Assembly (NCBI GenBank): GCA_049472355.1
Contig: JBLIRP010000029.1
Location: forward strand, 1-38,166
Reading direction: 5' to 3'
From: a bacterium
GTDB lineage: Bacteria; SZUA-182; DTGQ01; JAFGSM01
DNA: 38,166 bases
Part shown: one piece after another, positions 8,928 through 17,446 of the stretch
How positions within the stretch are numbered: position 1 is the stretch's first letter
Layout: the number at the start of each line of letters is the position of its first letter
Notes under the pieces: model-generated
Seen by the model: only the letters and a program-made list of their open reading frames with translations
The model's database searches: none
Told to the model about the DNA's origin: nothing
Program-made: the position numbers and the translations under genes

Positions 8928-9719
8928 ATGATGACAATGAGTTTGAGAAACAGGAGAGGGATGCGCGTGTTATTCATGCTGATACTGCTGCTGATCATTC
9001 TGCTTGAGAATCCCTTCGGGGTGAAAAAGGTGTATGCATATTACGGATTCCCCGGCACATCGTCCCTTTTCAGGTACGGGTATCCGAATTCGGGGTATGG
9101 TCTTTCGTGGAATCCCCTCTATAATGCCATCCACAATCCATTTGCCTTTGGGGGGAGTTACAACCTGACCACCAGCCTGGGCGGCCTCTCGACGCTTGGG
9201 GGGTATGGCGGACTTTTCGGGCTGAGGAATTACGGCACTATCGGCGGTCTGTTTGGACTTTATGGGCTGACCGGCTTATCAGGATTATACGGCCTCAGTC
9301 CCTTTGCCACGTCCGGATTGGGCATTGCAGGGCGCTCATTTCCGGGGGGCCTGCTGCCGGCGGGATTGACGAACCCCCTGTTCGCAGCCGAACAGGCAGG
9401 GGCATGGACCGGAACATGGAACCTGGGATTCTTGACGGGAACGATGATCATGAATCTATCGGAGAGCATAACGGGTTCCCTGAGCGGCACTGCCCAGTTG
9501 ATCGGCAACCTTACCTTCGGAGGGATCTTTAACGTGTACGGAACGGGAAGCACCACCTTCGTGTCCCTGAACGGTCAGGATCCCACTCTCACCTATGCCG
9601 TAACCCTGCAGGGCATACTCACCACGCCCACAATCATGGAGGGATTTTACAGCATTTACAAGATCGGGTCCACGACCCCCAAGGAATCCGGAACCTTCAA
9701 CCTCGAACTGCTCATATAA
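8928..9719 (+). CDS. Secreted Gly/Tyr/Leu-rich protein with C-terminal beta-rich domain (paralog 2)
   Basis: Signal peptide ending VYA/YYG; GGLFGL/GLYGL low-complexity region; AEQAGAWTGTW domain about 40% identical by eye to that of paralog 1. Confidence 0.88.
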   Translation: MMTMSLRNRRGMRVLFMLILLLIILLENPFGVKKVYAYYGFPGTSSLFRYGYPNSGYGLSWNPLYNAIHNPFAFGGSYNLTTSLGGLSTLGGYGGLFGLRNYGTIGGLFGLYGLTGLSGLYGLSPFATSGLGIAGRSFPGGLLPAGLTNPLFAAEQAGAWTGTWNLGFLTGTMIMNLSESITGSLSGTAQLIGNLTFGGIFNVYGTGSTTFVSLNGQDPTLTYAVTLQGILTTPTIMEGFYSIYKIGSTTPKESGTFNLELLI

Positions 9720-9746
9720 TCATGAGGTACTGTCCCATCAAACGCG

Positions 9747-9780
9747 CAGGGCCTTCCGGGGTGCGTCCCGGAAGGCCCTG
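9747..9780. terminator. Strong stem-loop between convergent genes
   Basis: Perfect 14-bp stem CAGGGCCTTCCGGG / CCCGGAAGGCCCTG with a 6-nt loop. Confidence 0.75.
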
Positions 9781-9806
9781 TGTCCTTAATTTTGGTGGCG
9801 CTATTC

Positions 9807-11138
9807 TCAGCGCCATTTCGAGACGAGTGATACCTGCACCCTGCCGCTACTCCAGAACTTTTCCCGATCATACACGGTCTTCTTGGTTGACAGCTGCGCT
9901 GCGACATCCAGTTGGAGCCATTTGAGCCCCAGTCCGATGCCGCCGGTCAGGATCGTTCCCTCTTCGCTGTCCTGCATATTCTGCATGGCCCCGGTCCTGA
10001 TGCAGAACCAGTTGCAGGGGTGAAGGTTGAATCCGCCGCCTATATACTGGGATTTGTATCCCGGCACGAATGTCGAGTTGTTGGTGAGGTCCATATCGAT
10101 TGCCATGCTGAGGCGATCCTTCCACAGGTCATACTTGAGGCCTGTGCGGACCTGTGGTTTCACCTTGAGGGTGTCACCATAGGCGGTCTCGAACTCGGGG
10201 GTGTTAATGTTCTTCATCACCAGCCCGAGGGACAATTTCTCGAATCGCTTCGGCCTATACAGGAACCCAAGGTCAACACCCCAACTGTTATCCCTTTTTA
10301 CTCGGTCTTCAATCTCGTTGTCGATCTCGCCCGATTCGGTGTCGATTGCGATCTTCTCGTCAAAGGTGCAGCCGGGCATGATCTTGAATGCAGCCCCGAT
10401 ACTCAATGCGCCCGGTTTAAAGGTGAAGGTCCTGGCGTGGGAGAGAAAGATCTCATGGTATGCCAGGCCGGTCAGCTTGAGATAGGTGAGTTTGTTGTCA
10501 AGGGCGTATTCGATGGACCGGGCATTGTAATCATTCGGATCCGCACTGGCATCATATACGTTGGTGACCTCGTTGTATTCGAAATATCCAATAGAATTAG
10601 GATCTATTTGTCCTTTCACGATAAGATCGAGCCGCTGCGGATCGATGACCGCATAGGCGGTGGCCTCGGAGATAAGGTATGCACCGAATCCGAACGTGCC
10701 CATCTGAGCGCTCAGGGTGCCGCTTGGTGCGAACAACTGGATGCCGTTTTTTACGGATATCGATCGTAATGTATCCTTGATGGTCGTGATGTTTCTCCGA
10801 TCCTCAATGGTGTTGCTGTTTGGGTCAAGTGCATTGTTGGCGATCCGGTTAATGGTGTCCATGATGTTTGCGTCGGCGAGCGCATCGATGTGCCGGGCCA
10901 CGTTGATCTCGCGTATTCCCCCGCCTACCGACAGCTCGACCTGCATTCCGTGCTCATGGACCGCCAACAGCGCAGGATTATAGTAGGTTGCTGAACTCCC
11001 CCGCGCCGAGGCGACACCTGCCCCTCCCATGGACATGGGTTCAAAACCAAGGGGCTGGAATTCAACGGCATAAACAGGGGAAACAACAATCATCAGGGAG
11101 ACCACAATAAGAACGATTTTGACCAGATGCCTGGGCAT
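9807..11138 (-). CDS. Outer-membrane beta-barrel protein, TraF_2 / FadL-PorV superfamily
   Basis: Signal peptide (VYA/VEF); MSMGGAGVA..ATYYNPALLA plug motif; WGVDLGFLY, GLVMKNINTPEF and DMDLT strands; aromatic residue near the C-terminus. Confidence 0.85.
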   Translation of the reverse strand: MPRHLVKIVLIVVSLMIVVSPVYAVEFQPLGFEPMSMGGAGVASARGSSATYYNPALLAVHEHGMQVELSVGGGIREINVARHIDALADANIMDTINRIANNALDPNSNTIEDRRNITTIKDTLRSISVKNGIQLFAPSGTLSAQMGTFGFGAYLISEATAYAVIDPQRLDLIVKGQIDPNSIGYFEYNEVTNVYDASADPNDYNARSIEYALDNKLTYLKLTGLAYHEIFLSHARTFTFKPGALSIGAAFKIMPGCTFDEKIAIDTESGEIDNEIEDRVKRDNSWGVDLGFLYRPKRFEKLSLGLVMKNINTPEFETAYGDTLKVKPQVRTGLKYDLWKDRLSMAIDMDLTNNSTFVPGYKSQYIGGGFNLHPCNWFCIRTGAMQNMQDSEEGTILTGGIGLGLKWLQLDVAAQLSTKKTVYDREKFWSSGRVQVSLVSKWR

Positions 11139-11383
11139 GACAATCCTCCTTTGTTTCGATGATTTTTATGCTGTGATGATGAGCCGCTCTTGTACTATTT
11201 AATAATCGGATTTTCATCGCAACAGGGACAGTGCCGCAATTCCGATTTTGACTGTGGCTTATTGTGAGAAGATAAGCGCTCAATACATCGTGTGAGAAGG
11301 GGTCATACCCGCGTGCATTTTTTGCCGATAGTATTTGTATACGTAACATAATTACGTAAGGTAATAGTTCTGTGCCTTGAGAA

Positions 11384-11548
11384 GCAGGTATTGAAAGGCC
11401 TTTAATAACGTGTTCGTTGTGGCTTTAGGGAGGAGGTATTGAATAGCCTTCTGGTAACCGGGTGATTTTGCTATTAAGGAGGTTTCGAACGGAATCTATT
11501 GGTAACCGTGGGCGTGTTTTATTAATCTAAAGGATGGAGGGTACAAAA
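11384..11548 (+). repeat. Non-coding degenerate tandem array (3 units of 48/46/58 nt) ending at the RBS of the CBS gene
   Basis: GCAGGTATTGAAAGGCCTT (11384), GGAGGTATTGAATAGCCTTCTGGTAACCG (11432), GGAGGTTTCGAACGGAATCTATTGGTAACCG (11478), then GGAGG (11536) before ATG 11549. Confidence 0.7.
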
Positions 11549-12049
11549 ATGGAATTGAGGAAGTTTGATCCAAGGAATCAGCCAGGACAGCACAAGGAGA
11601 AGGAAACGGAGGACGAATCCTTACGGGTACCGCTGGTACGGGATTTGATGACCACCGATCTTTTTACTCTCAGCAAGGATGATAACCTCAAGACATTGGA
11701 AGACATGATGAAGTGGCGTGCCATACGGCATATCCCGGTGGTGGACGAGGAACATCATGTAGTGGGCCTGGTGACCCACAGGGACCTGCTGAAATATTCC
11801 ATTTCAGGGTTTGCCAGTGTTGATGAAGAGGAGAAGGATGCCATCAACAGGAGTATTCCGGTTTCCTCGATCATGAAAACGAACATCCACAGCATCCCTC
11901 CTGATACGAGCCTCCAGGATGCCGCCAGGATGATGTTGAAATACAAATTTGGGTGTCTTATCATCGTCGAGAATGAAAAGCTGGCCGGTATCATTACCGA
12001 GGCCGATTTCATGAAATTTTTTGTGGAAAGGGACGTGTTCTCGGAATAA
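11549..12049 (+). CDS. CBS domain pair protein (AcuB-like)
   Basis: VRDLMT, IRHIPVVD, VGLVTHRDL, IMKT, GCLIIV, GIITEAD motifs. Confidence 0.92.
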   Translation: MELRKFDPRNQPGQHKEKETEDESLRVPLVRDLMTTDLFTLSKDDNLKTLEDMMKWRAIRHIPVVDEEHHVVGLVTHRDLLKYSISGFASVDEEEKDAINRSIPVSSIMKTNIHSIPPDTSLQDAARMMLKYKFGCLIIVENEKLAGIITEADFMKFFVERDVFSE

Positions 12050-12219
12050 TCGAGGTTTTGAAGCGCCTTTGATGTGTTTTCTCGATGCAATGGTCCGGTA
12101 AAGGCGCCCCGAGGGCCATCTATCTTCAAGGGCGGGCTGAAAGAAGGGATCCTCTTTTGCTGAAGCACGGCATCGGCACGTTCTGTAGATATGGCTGCCC
12201 AGGAATTTGCCCGCCGGTA

Positions 12220-13272
12220 TTACCGATAGTAATGTATTATTGCCTTGGCGCGTAGCTGAAGAAGATATTCCCTGATGGCGAGCTCCCTCTTTTGCCTCTT
12301 CAGAAAGGTGGCGACCTTTTCCCGAATCTGTTCCAGAGGGATGGTGCCGGCAGCCTGACGGTCGATGGGCGTTATCAGGTGAAATCCGTATTCTGTTTCT
12401 ATTACCTCGCTCAGCTCCCCGATTTTCAGATCAAATGCGGCATCTTCAAAGGGTTTGACCATGGTTCCCCTCTTGAAGTACCCCAAATCGCCCCCATTCG
12501 ACCTGCTGTTGCAATCGGAGTGCTCGCGGGCCAGTTGTGCGAAATCAACCCCGAATTGGACCAGATCGCGGAGTCTGATCGTTTCTTGGCGTTTTTCCTC
12601 CCGTGTTGCAGGGCTGTCATCCGGTGATACGGCGATCAGGATATGACGTACCTGTATTTGCTCCGGTATCTGGAAGTTTTCGGAGTTGGCAAGGTAAAAT
12701 TCCTCGATCTCGTCAGGGCTTACCTCATTGACGAAATCAACGTGATGATCGAGCAGTGCCTTTATTTTTAAGTCGTGCTCGATCTCCTCCCGCAGTTTTT
12801 CTTCCGAGATCCCCAGGTGTGACAATCTTTCCCTGAATTTTTCACGGGATGAAAAACGATGCCCAATCTGTGAAATTCGATCTTCAACGACGTTTTGATC
12901 GGGCAGGATATGCTCCTGATCTGCTTCGTAGGAGAAAAGCTTTCTGTTGATGACATTCTCCAGTGCCTGGCGCCACAGTTTTGCATTAAATTCCTCTGTT
13001 TTTTCAGGGAACGCCCTGTCTTTAAACTGCTGAAAGAGGTCATCCATCTCCCTTTCCACCTCGATATCAATGACAGGGAGTCCATTCACACTGGCAATAA
13101 TCGAGTTTTCGTCAAGCTCGTTCACATTCGGCGGTTCGGACACGTCAACGGCTTCGGAGTATTCTGCCGGTGATGTATCAGAGGACATAGGGATGATGGC
13201 TCTCCCTTCACAACCAAGGAGCATACATCCGCATGCAATAAGGATTGTTATGCCGATTCGTGCATTCTTCAT
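12220..13272 (-). CDS. Parvulin-type peptidyl-prolyl isomerase lipoprotein (SurA-N plus rotamase)
   Basis: Lipobox LLGC; IASVNG; VRHILI, DFAQLAREHSDC, GGDLGYF, FEDAAF, ETEYGFHLI. Start taken at MKNARIG. Confidence 0.92.
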   Translation of the reverse strand: MKNARIGITILIACGCMLLGCEGRAIIPMSSDTSPAEYSEAVDVSEPPNVNELDENSIIASVNGLPVIDIEVEREMDDLFQQFKDRAFPEKTEEFNAKLWRQALENVINRKLFSYEADQEHILPDQNVVEDRISQIGHRFSSREKFRERLSHLGISEEKLREEIEHDLKIKALLDHHVDFVNEVSPDEIEEFYLANSENFQIPEQIQVRHILIAVSPDDSPATREEKRQETIRLRDLVQFGVDFAQLAREHSDCNSRSNGGDLGYFKRGTMVKPFEDAAFDLKIGELSEVIETEYGFHLITPIDRQAAGTIPLEQIREKVATFLKRQKRELAIREYLLQLRAKAIIHYYR

Positions 13273-13579
13273 GCCGCCTCTGCCCTGTCTTTGTTCGAAA
13301 GAATACGGGGAAACCTGCAATCGGGTCCCCTCTATTACCGGGATATACGATTATACATTTTAAATCCCGTACCTTCCTATTTTTCGGCACAAAAAACATT
13401 CATACTTTTGCCCCATTATTTTTAATGTCCTTGTCCATGATTTTCAACCTCTCCATCGCCACCTTGAAAGATTTCCTTTGTGGTAAAGGGGAGCCCCCCT
13501 TCGAAGTAAAAGGATATCGATGCCGATAAAAAATTAGGCTTATTAACCTTATCGGCCGGATAGAGAGGGGATCACTGCA

Positions 13580-13801
13580 ATGGAAAAAATGGATCGATAT
13601 CGAAAGGGTCAGCGTCTGCCTTTTGCACCCGATTTGAATGAAATAAAGAGCCCCTCCCATGATCCCATGAAGGAGGATAATGGCGGCATCGATCTGTGGA
13701 TATCGTTGTCCATTGAAGGGAAAAGACGGGAGATAATCAAGCGACAGATGTCCAGCCATATCAGCCAGTTGAAAACACTTCGCTTCAGATATCAGGTGTA
13801 G
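13580..13801 (+). CDS. Possible small hypothetical protein (73 aa)
   Basis: GAGGGG upstream and a hairpin right after the stop; no motif recognised. Confidence 0.3.
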   Translation: MEKMDRYRKGQRLPFAPDLNEIKSPSHDPMKEDNGGIDLWISLSIEGKRREIIKRQMSSHISQLKTLRFRYQV

Positions 13802-13809
13802 TGCGTCGT

Positions 13810-13853
13810 TGAAGCCAAACAGGGAATCACAGGCTTCACCCGATAGTTTTTTT
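13810..13853 (+). terminator. Possible terminator/attenuator hairpin upstream of the HD-GYP gene
   Basis: TGAAGCC (13810-16) pairs with GGCTTCA (13832-38); T run a few nt later. Confidence 0.35.
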
Positions 13854-13883
13854 CATGTCCCGCAGGAGGGGCATGGAGTTTAG

Positions 13884-14879
13884 ATGAAGGATCAAGACAT
13901 ACACAGAGAAAAACCAATAGAACATGGGAAGGAAGATCCGGTCGAGCCCCTCAGTCTTGTATACCCCATTCTCAGGAGTGATATCGATTGTTTCCAGGAC
14001 CTGGAACATTTTCTTCAGAAGGTGGTGGAGGCCTCTGCAACCATTGTTGCAGCGAAAAGCTCCAAGTTGATCCTCTTTGACGAGAAAGAGGCCTCAATCC
14101 TTCCTTCAACCGCGGCGCCGGATGCCATCACCAGCACGGATCATACCATTCATATTCCCCTTATCTTAAAGGGGCTTGAGCATCCAATGGGATATATCGA
14201 GGTGGAAGGCAGAAGAGACGGGGCCCCTTTCGATCAGAGGGATGTGGTCTCGGTTCTCATGATGGCGCGTCAGGCAACCCTCAAGATAGAGAACGACCTC
14301 TTTTACCGCGGGATCTATGAAAACATGATCGAGGTGCTGAAATCCATGGTCAATATCATCGAGTCCCGGGACCCCTATATTCGCTGTCATTCCTCTCGGG
14401 TGACCAGATACGCGTTAAGGATTGCTGAAGGGCTTCATCTCTCGGTCCAGGATATGGATACCATGAGGCTTGCATGTCTGCTCCATGATATCGGAAAGAT
14501 CGGCATTCCTGACTCCATTCTCACGAAAAAGGGCGACCTGGCCACCGACGAGTTGGAATTGATACAGACCCATTCATTGATCGGGGAAAATATTGTCAAA
14601 CCCCTTGGCTTTCTGATACGGGAGGGGGAGATCATTCGAACACATCACGAATGTTTTGACGGGAGTGGATATCCGGATGGACTCAAGGGTGATGAAATCC
14701 CCCTGAGTGCCCGAATCATTGCGGTGGCGGATTCCTATGATGCGATGACCTCACATCGGCCCTACCGGATGGCCAAGACAACGGGGGAGAGCATCGTGGA
14801 AATTGAAAGGCTGCAGGGCATCAAATATGACCCGCAGGTTGTTCAATCGTTCAGGCGGTGCCTGGAAAGTCAGCCGTAA
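13884..14879 (+). CDS. HD-GYP cyclic-dinucleotide phosphodiesterase with N-terminal GAF-like region
   Basis: ESRDPY..HS.RV, LLHDIGKIG, HHECFDGSGYPDGL.G..IP..ARIIAVADSYDAMTS.RPYR. Confidence 0.93.
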   Translation: MKDQDIHREKPIEHGKEDPVEPLSLVYPILRSDIDCFQDLEHFLQKVVEASATIVAAKSSKLILFDEKEASILPSTAAPDAITSTDHTIHIPLILKGLEHPMGYIEVEGRRDGAPFDQRDVVSVLMMARQATLKIENDLFYRGIYENMIEVLKSMVNIIESRDPYIRCHSSRVTRYALRIAEGLHLSVQDMDTMRLACLLHDIGKIGIPDSILTKKGDLATDELELIQTHSLIGENIVKPLGFLIREGEIIRTHHECFDGSGYPDGLKGDEIPLSARIIAVADSYDAMTSHRPYRMAKTTGESIVEIERLQGIKYDPQVVQSFRRCLESQP

Positions 14880-14943
14880 TGTATCATCTGTTTGCTTGTA
14901 CAAACAGTTAAGCGTTTCATAATGATTTCGTTGAGATTTTCTC

Positions 14944-14972
14944 TTGACAATCATTACGAAAGAATATATTTT
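14944..14972 (+). promoter_or_regulatory. sigma70-type promoter of the cold-shock gene
   Basis: TTGACA (14944-49), 17 nt, TATTTT (14967-72). Confidence 0.6.
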
Positions 14973-15048
14973 TATGGTCCAGGCAAGGTAGTACCGGAAG
15001 TGTTATTATCAAGTATCAAGGGTGTTTTAGGGAAGGAAGGGGGTTATC

Positions 15049-15264
15049 ATGGCAAGTAGTACCGGAAGAGTGAAGTGGTTCAATGACAATAAGGGGTATG
15101 GGTTCATTGAGCATGAGTCGGGGAAGGATGTCTTCGTGCACTATTCTGCAATTCAGGCCGAAGGCTTTAAGTCGTTGAAGGAGGGGGAATCGGTTGAATT
15201 TGAGCTCGTTGATGGACCCAAGGGACCCCTTGCCCAGAATGTCGTAAAAGTCCATCAGGTATAA
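15049..15264 (+). CDS. cspA: Cold-shock protein (CspA family)
   Basis: [15 protein letters not shown] (RNP1), DVFVHYSAI (RNP2), GPKGP.A.NV. Confidence 0.97.
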   Translation: MASSTGRVKWFNDNKGYGFIEHESGKDVFVHYSAIQAEGFKSLKEGESVEFELVDGPKGPLAQNVVKVHQV

Positions 15265-15584
15265 TATACATATACCATTCACCGATCCGGATATGAAAAA
15301 ACCGTAGGATGATGCCCTTGCAGGTTGGTGAGGGCATTGAGGGGGGAAACAGGAGAGCGAAAATACATTGTCAGCGATTATGGGCCCAAGTCCAAAGGTT
15401 GTAAAAAAGGCTTTGCGCCGAATGGTAAATCCCGCATGAATACCCTTCGGCGCGGCCGCGGCCCATTTTTTCGTTGCCGCCCCTCCCTGCCACCCTAAGG
15501 CCGCGACCCAGATTTTGTCAGTGGAAGCAAAGCGCAGTCAGTAGGTTTCCCTTTCGCACACGATACGCCTTTTCACCAGTCCGG

Positions 15585-16451
15585 TTACCCGGTTTTCAAA
15601 ATCGCATTATCAATCAATCGGGTGTTCCCTATTCGCACGGCAAGCGCAAGCAATGCCTCATCCGTGATATTCTCGATGGATGATAATTCCTCCGTATCAC
15701 AGATGGCAACGTACTCCACTTTGGCGAGAGGCTCCGATCGTATGACCGCCTCGGCCTGTGCGATGATGGCCTGGGCATTTCGTTCCCCCTGCCGTACCGA
15801 TTCCTCCGCCTTCTGCAAGGCCCTGTGCAGGCACAGGGCGGCCTGCCGTTCCCGTTCGGAAAGATAAGCATTGCGTGAGCTCATGGCCAGGCCATCAGTC
15901 TCGCGCACAATGGGTAACACCGTGATCCGGACAGTGAAATTCAGGTCCTCGACCATTCGTTTGATGATGATCGCCTGTTGGGCGTCCTTCTGCCCGAAGT
16001 AGGCAACATCAGGGGTGACGATGTTGAAGAGCTTGCACACAACGGTGGCAACCCCCTGGAAGTGTCCGGGCCGGTGCGCACCACAGAGCACATTGCTCAG
16101 CCCCTCCACGGCCACCGCGGTACGAAAACCGGGAGGGTACATCTCATCTGCCGGAGGAATGAAAATGGCATCCACCCCGGCCTGCTGTGCCAGTGCGATA
16201 TCCCTCTCCATATCCCTGGGGTAACGGTCAAGGTCTTCGTGCGGTCCGAACTGGATCGGGTTGACAAAGAGGCTCACCACCACATAGTCCGTTTCCTTCC
16301 TGGCCTCCCTCATCAGGCTCAGATGCCCTTCGTGGAAATATCCCATGGTGGGGACCAGGCCGATTGTCTTGCCAAGCCGGTGCATTGCCCCGGCCTTATC
16401 CTGCATGCGGCTGGTGGTGTGCAGTATGTCGATCCTTGTTGGAAGAGTCAT
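15585..16451 (-). CDS. panC: Pantoate-beta-alanine ligase
   Basis: VPTMGYFHEGH, FVNPIQF, RPGHFQGV, FGQKDAQQ, GLAMSSRN, RLIDN. Confidence 0.98.
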   Translation of the reverse strand: MTLPTRIDILHTTSRMQDKAGAMHRLGKTIGLVPTMGYFHEGHLSLMREARKETDYVVVSLFVNPIQFGPHEDLDRYPRDMERDIALAQQAGVDAIFIPPADEMYPPGFRTAVAVEGLSNVLCGAHRPGHFQGVATVVCKLFNIVTPDVAYFGQKDAQQAIIIKRMVEDLNFTVRITVLPIVRETDGLAMSSRNAYLSERERQAALCLHRALQKAEESVRQGERNAQAIIAQAEAVIRSEPLAKVEYVAICDTEELSSIENITDEALLALAVRIGNTRLIDNAILKTG

Positions 16452-16503
16452 GGTTGTTTTTAATACCCTTCATCCTTCGTTGTGATCGAGAGATCATGGA
16501 TGT

Positions 16504-17304
16504 TCAGTAGGTGTAATCATCGGAGGGGAAGGCGCCGGATTGCACCTCGGCACTGAATGCCTTGACCGCCTCGAGCATGGTCTCGTAGAGGTGGGCATAC
16601 TGCTTTACGAACTTGGGAGGTTTCTGCCCGGTGAATCCGAGGAGGTCATGGATCACCAGCACCTGACCGTCACATTCCACGCCCGCACCGATCCCGATGG
16701 TGGGAATGGAGAGTGCCCTGGTGATTGTTGCTGCAAGGTTCGGGGGGATGCCCTCAAGTACCAGGGAGAATATCCCTGCGTCCTCGAGACGCTTCGCCCC
16801 ATCCAGGAGAAGTTGCGCCTGATCGCGATCCCGTCCCTGGACCCTGAATCCCCCCATCTGGTGGATAAATTGAGGGGTGAGCCCGATATGTCCCATGACC
16901 CCTATGCCTGCCTCCACAATGGCGCGGGTGATCGCAACCATCGGCTCCCCGCAGCCCTCCAGCTTGACTGCCGAGGCCCCTCCCTGCTTGATGAATCGTC
17001 CGGCGTTGCGAATGGCGTCCGTCGGTCCCAGGTTGAATGACATGAACGGCATGTCCCCGATGACCAGGGCATCCTGTGCCCCCCTGGCCACTGCCCTGGT
17101 ATGGTGGAGCATCTCTTCCATGGTGACCGGCAGGGTGTTCGGATACCCCAGCATCACCATGCCGAGGGAATCCCCCACCAGCAGCATATGGATCCCCGCC
17201 TGATCCAGCAGACGGGCGATGGGATAGTCATAGGCGGTGAGCATCGTGATCTTCTCACCATGTTCCTTCATGTCCTTCAGCTTCGGTATCGTCACCTTGC
17301 CCAT
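16504..17304 (-). CDS. panB: 3-methyl-2-oxobutanoate hydroxymethyltransferase
   Basis: MLTAYD, LVGDSLGM, DMPF, VKLEG, GHIGLTPQ, IGIGAG..CDGQVLV. Start at MGKVT after AAAGGAG. Confidence 0.98.
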   Translation of the reverse strand: MGKVTIPKLKDMKEHGEKITMLTAYDYPIARLLDQAGIHMLLVGDSLGMVMLGYPNTLPVTMEEMLHHTRAVARGAQDALVIGDMPFMSFNLGPTDAIRNAGRFIKQGGASAVKLEGCGEPMVAITRAIVEAGIGVMGHIGLTPQFIHQMGGFRVQGRDRDQAQLLLDGAKRLEDAGIFSLVLEGIPPNLAATITRALSIPTIGIGAGVECDGQVLVIHDLLGFTGQKPPKFVKQYAHLYETMLEAVKAFSAEVQSGAFPSDDYTY

Positions 17305-17382
17305 ACGTTCTCCTTTCATCTGAAAATCCCCTTTGGGCATTTTCATGCTTCTTTGTGAGCCGAAGGCTCATCTGCGTTTCAC

Positions 17383-17410
17383 TTCTACATTCTACATTCT
17401 ACATTCTACA
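17383..17410. repeat. Heptamer tandem repeat (TTCTACA)x4
   Basis: Four exact copies plus degenerate TTCGATG/TTCGCAG in the folK-panB spacer. Confidence 0.9.
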
Positions 17411-17446
17411 TTCGATGTTCGCAGTTTCATCCGGCTCATGTGCGTT

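Noticed and set aside
9807..11138. Conjugative element implied by the TraF-like family name
   Set aside because: No relaxase, T4SS, integrase or att sites are visible; this barrel family is common outside mobile elements.
15400..15470. c-di-GMP-I riboswitch (GGCGCAAAGCC on the minus strand)
   Set aside because: The GCAAA..GAAA P2 stem and P3 features are not evident, and it is not positioned in a 5' leader.
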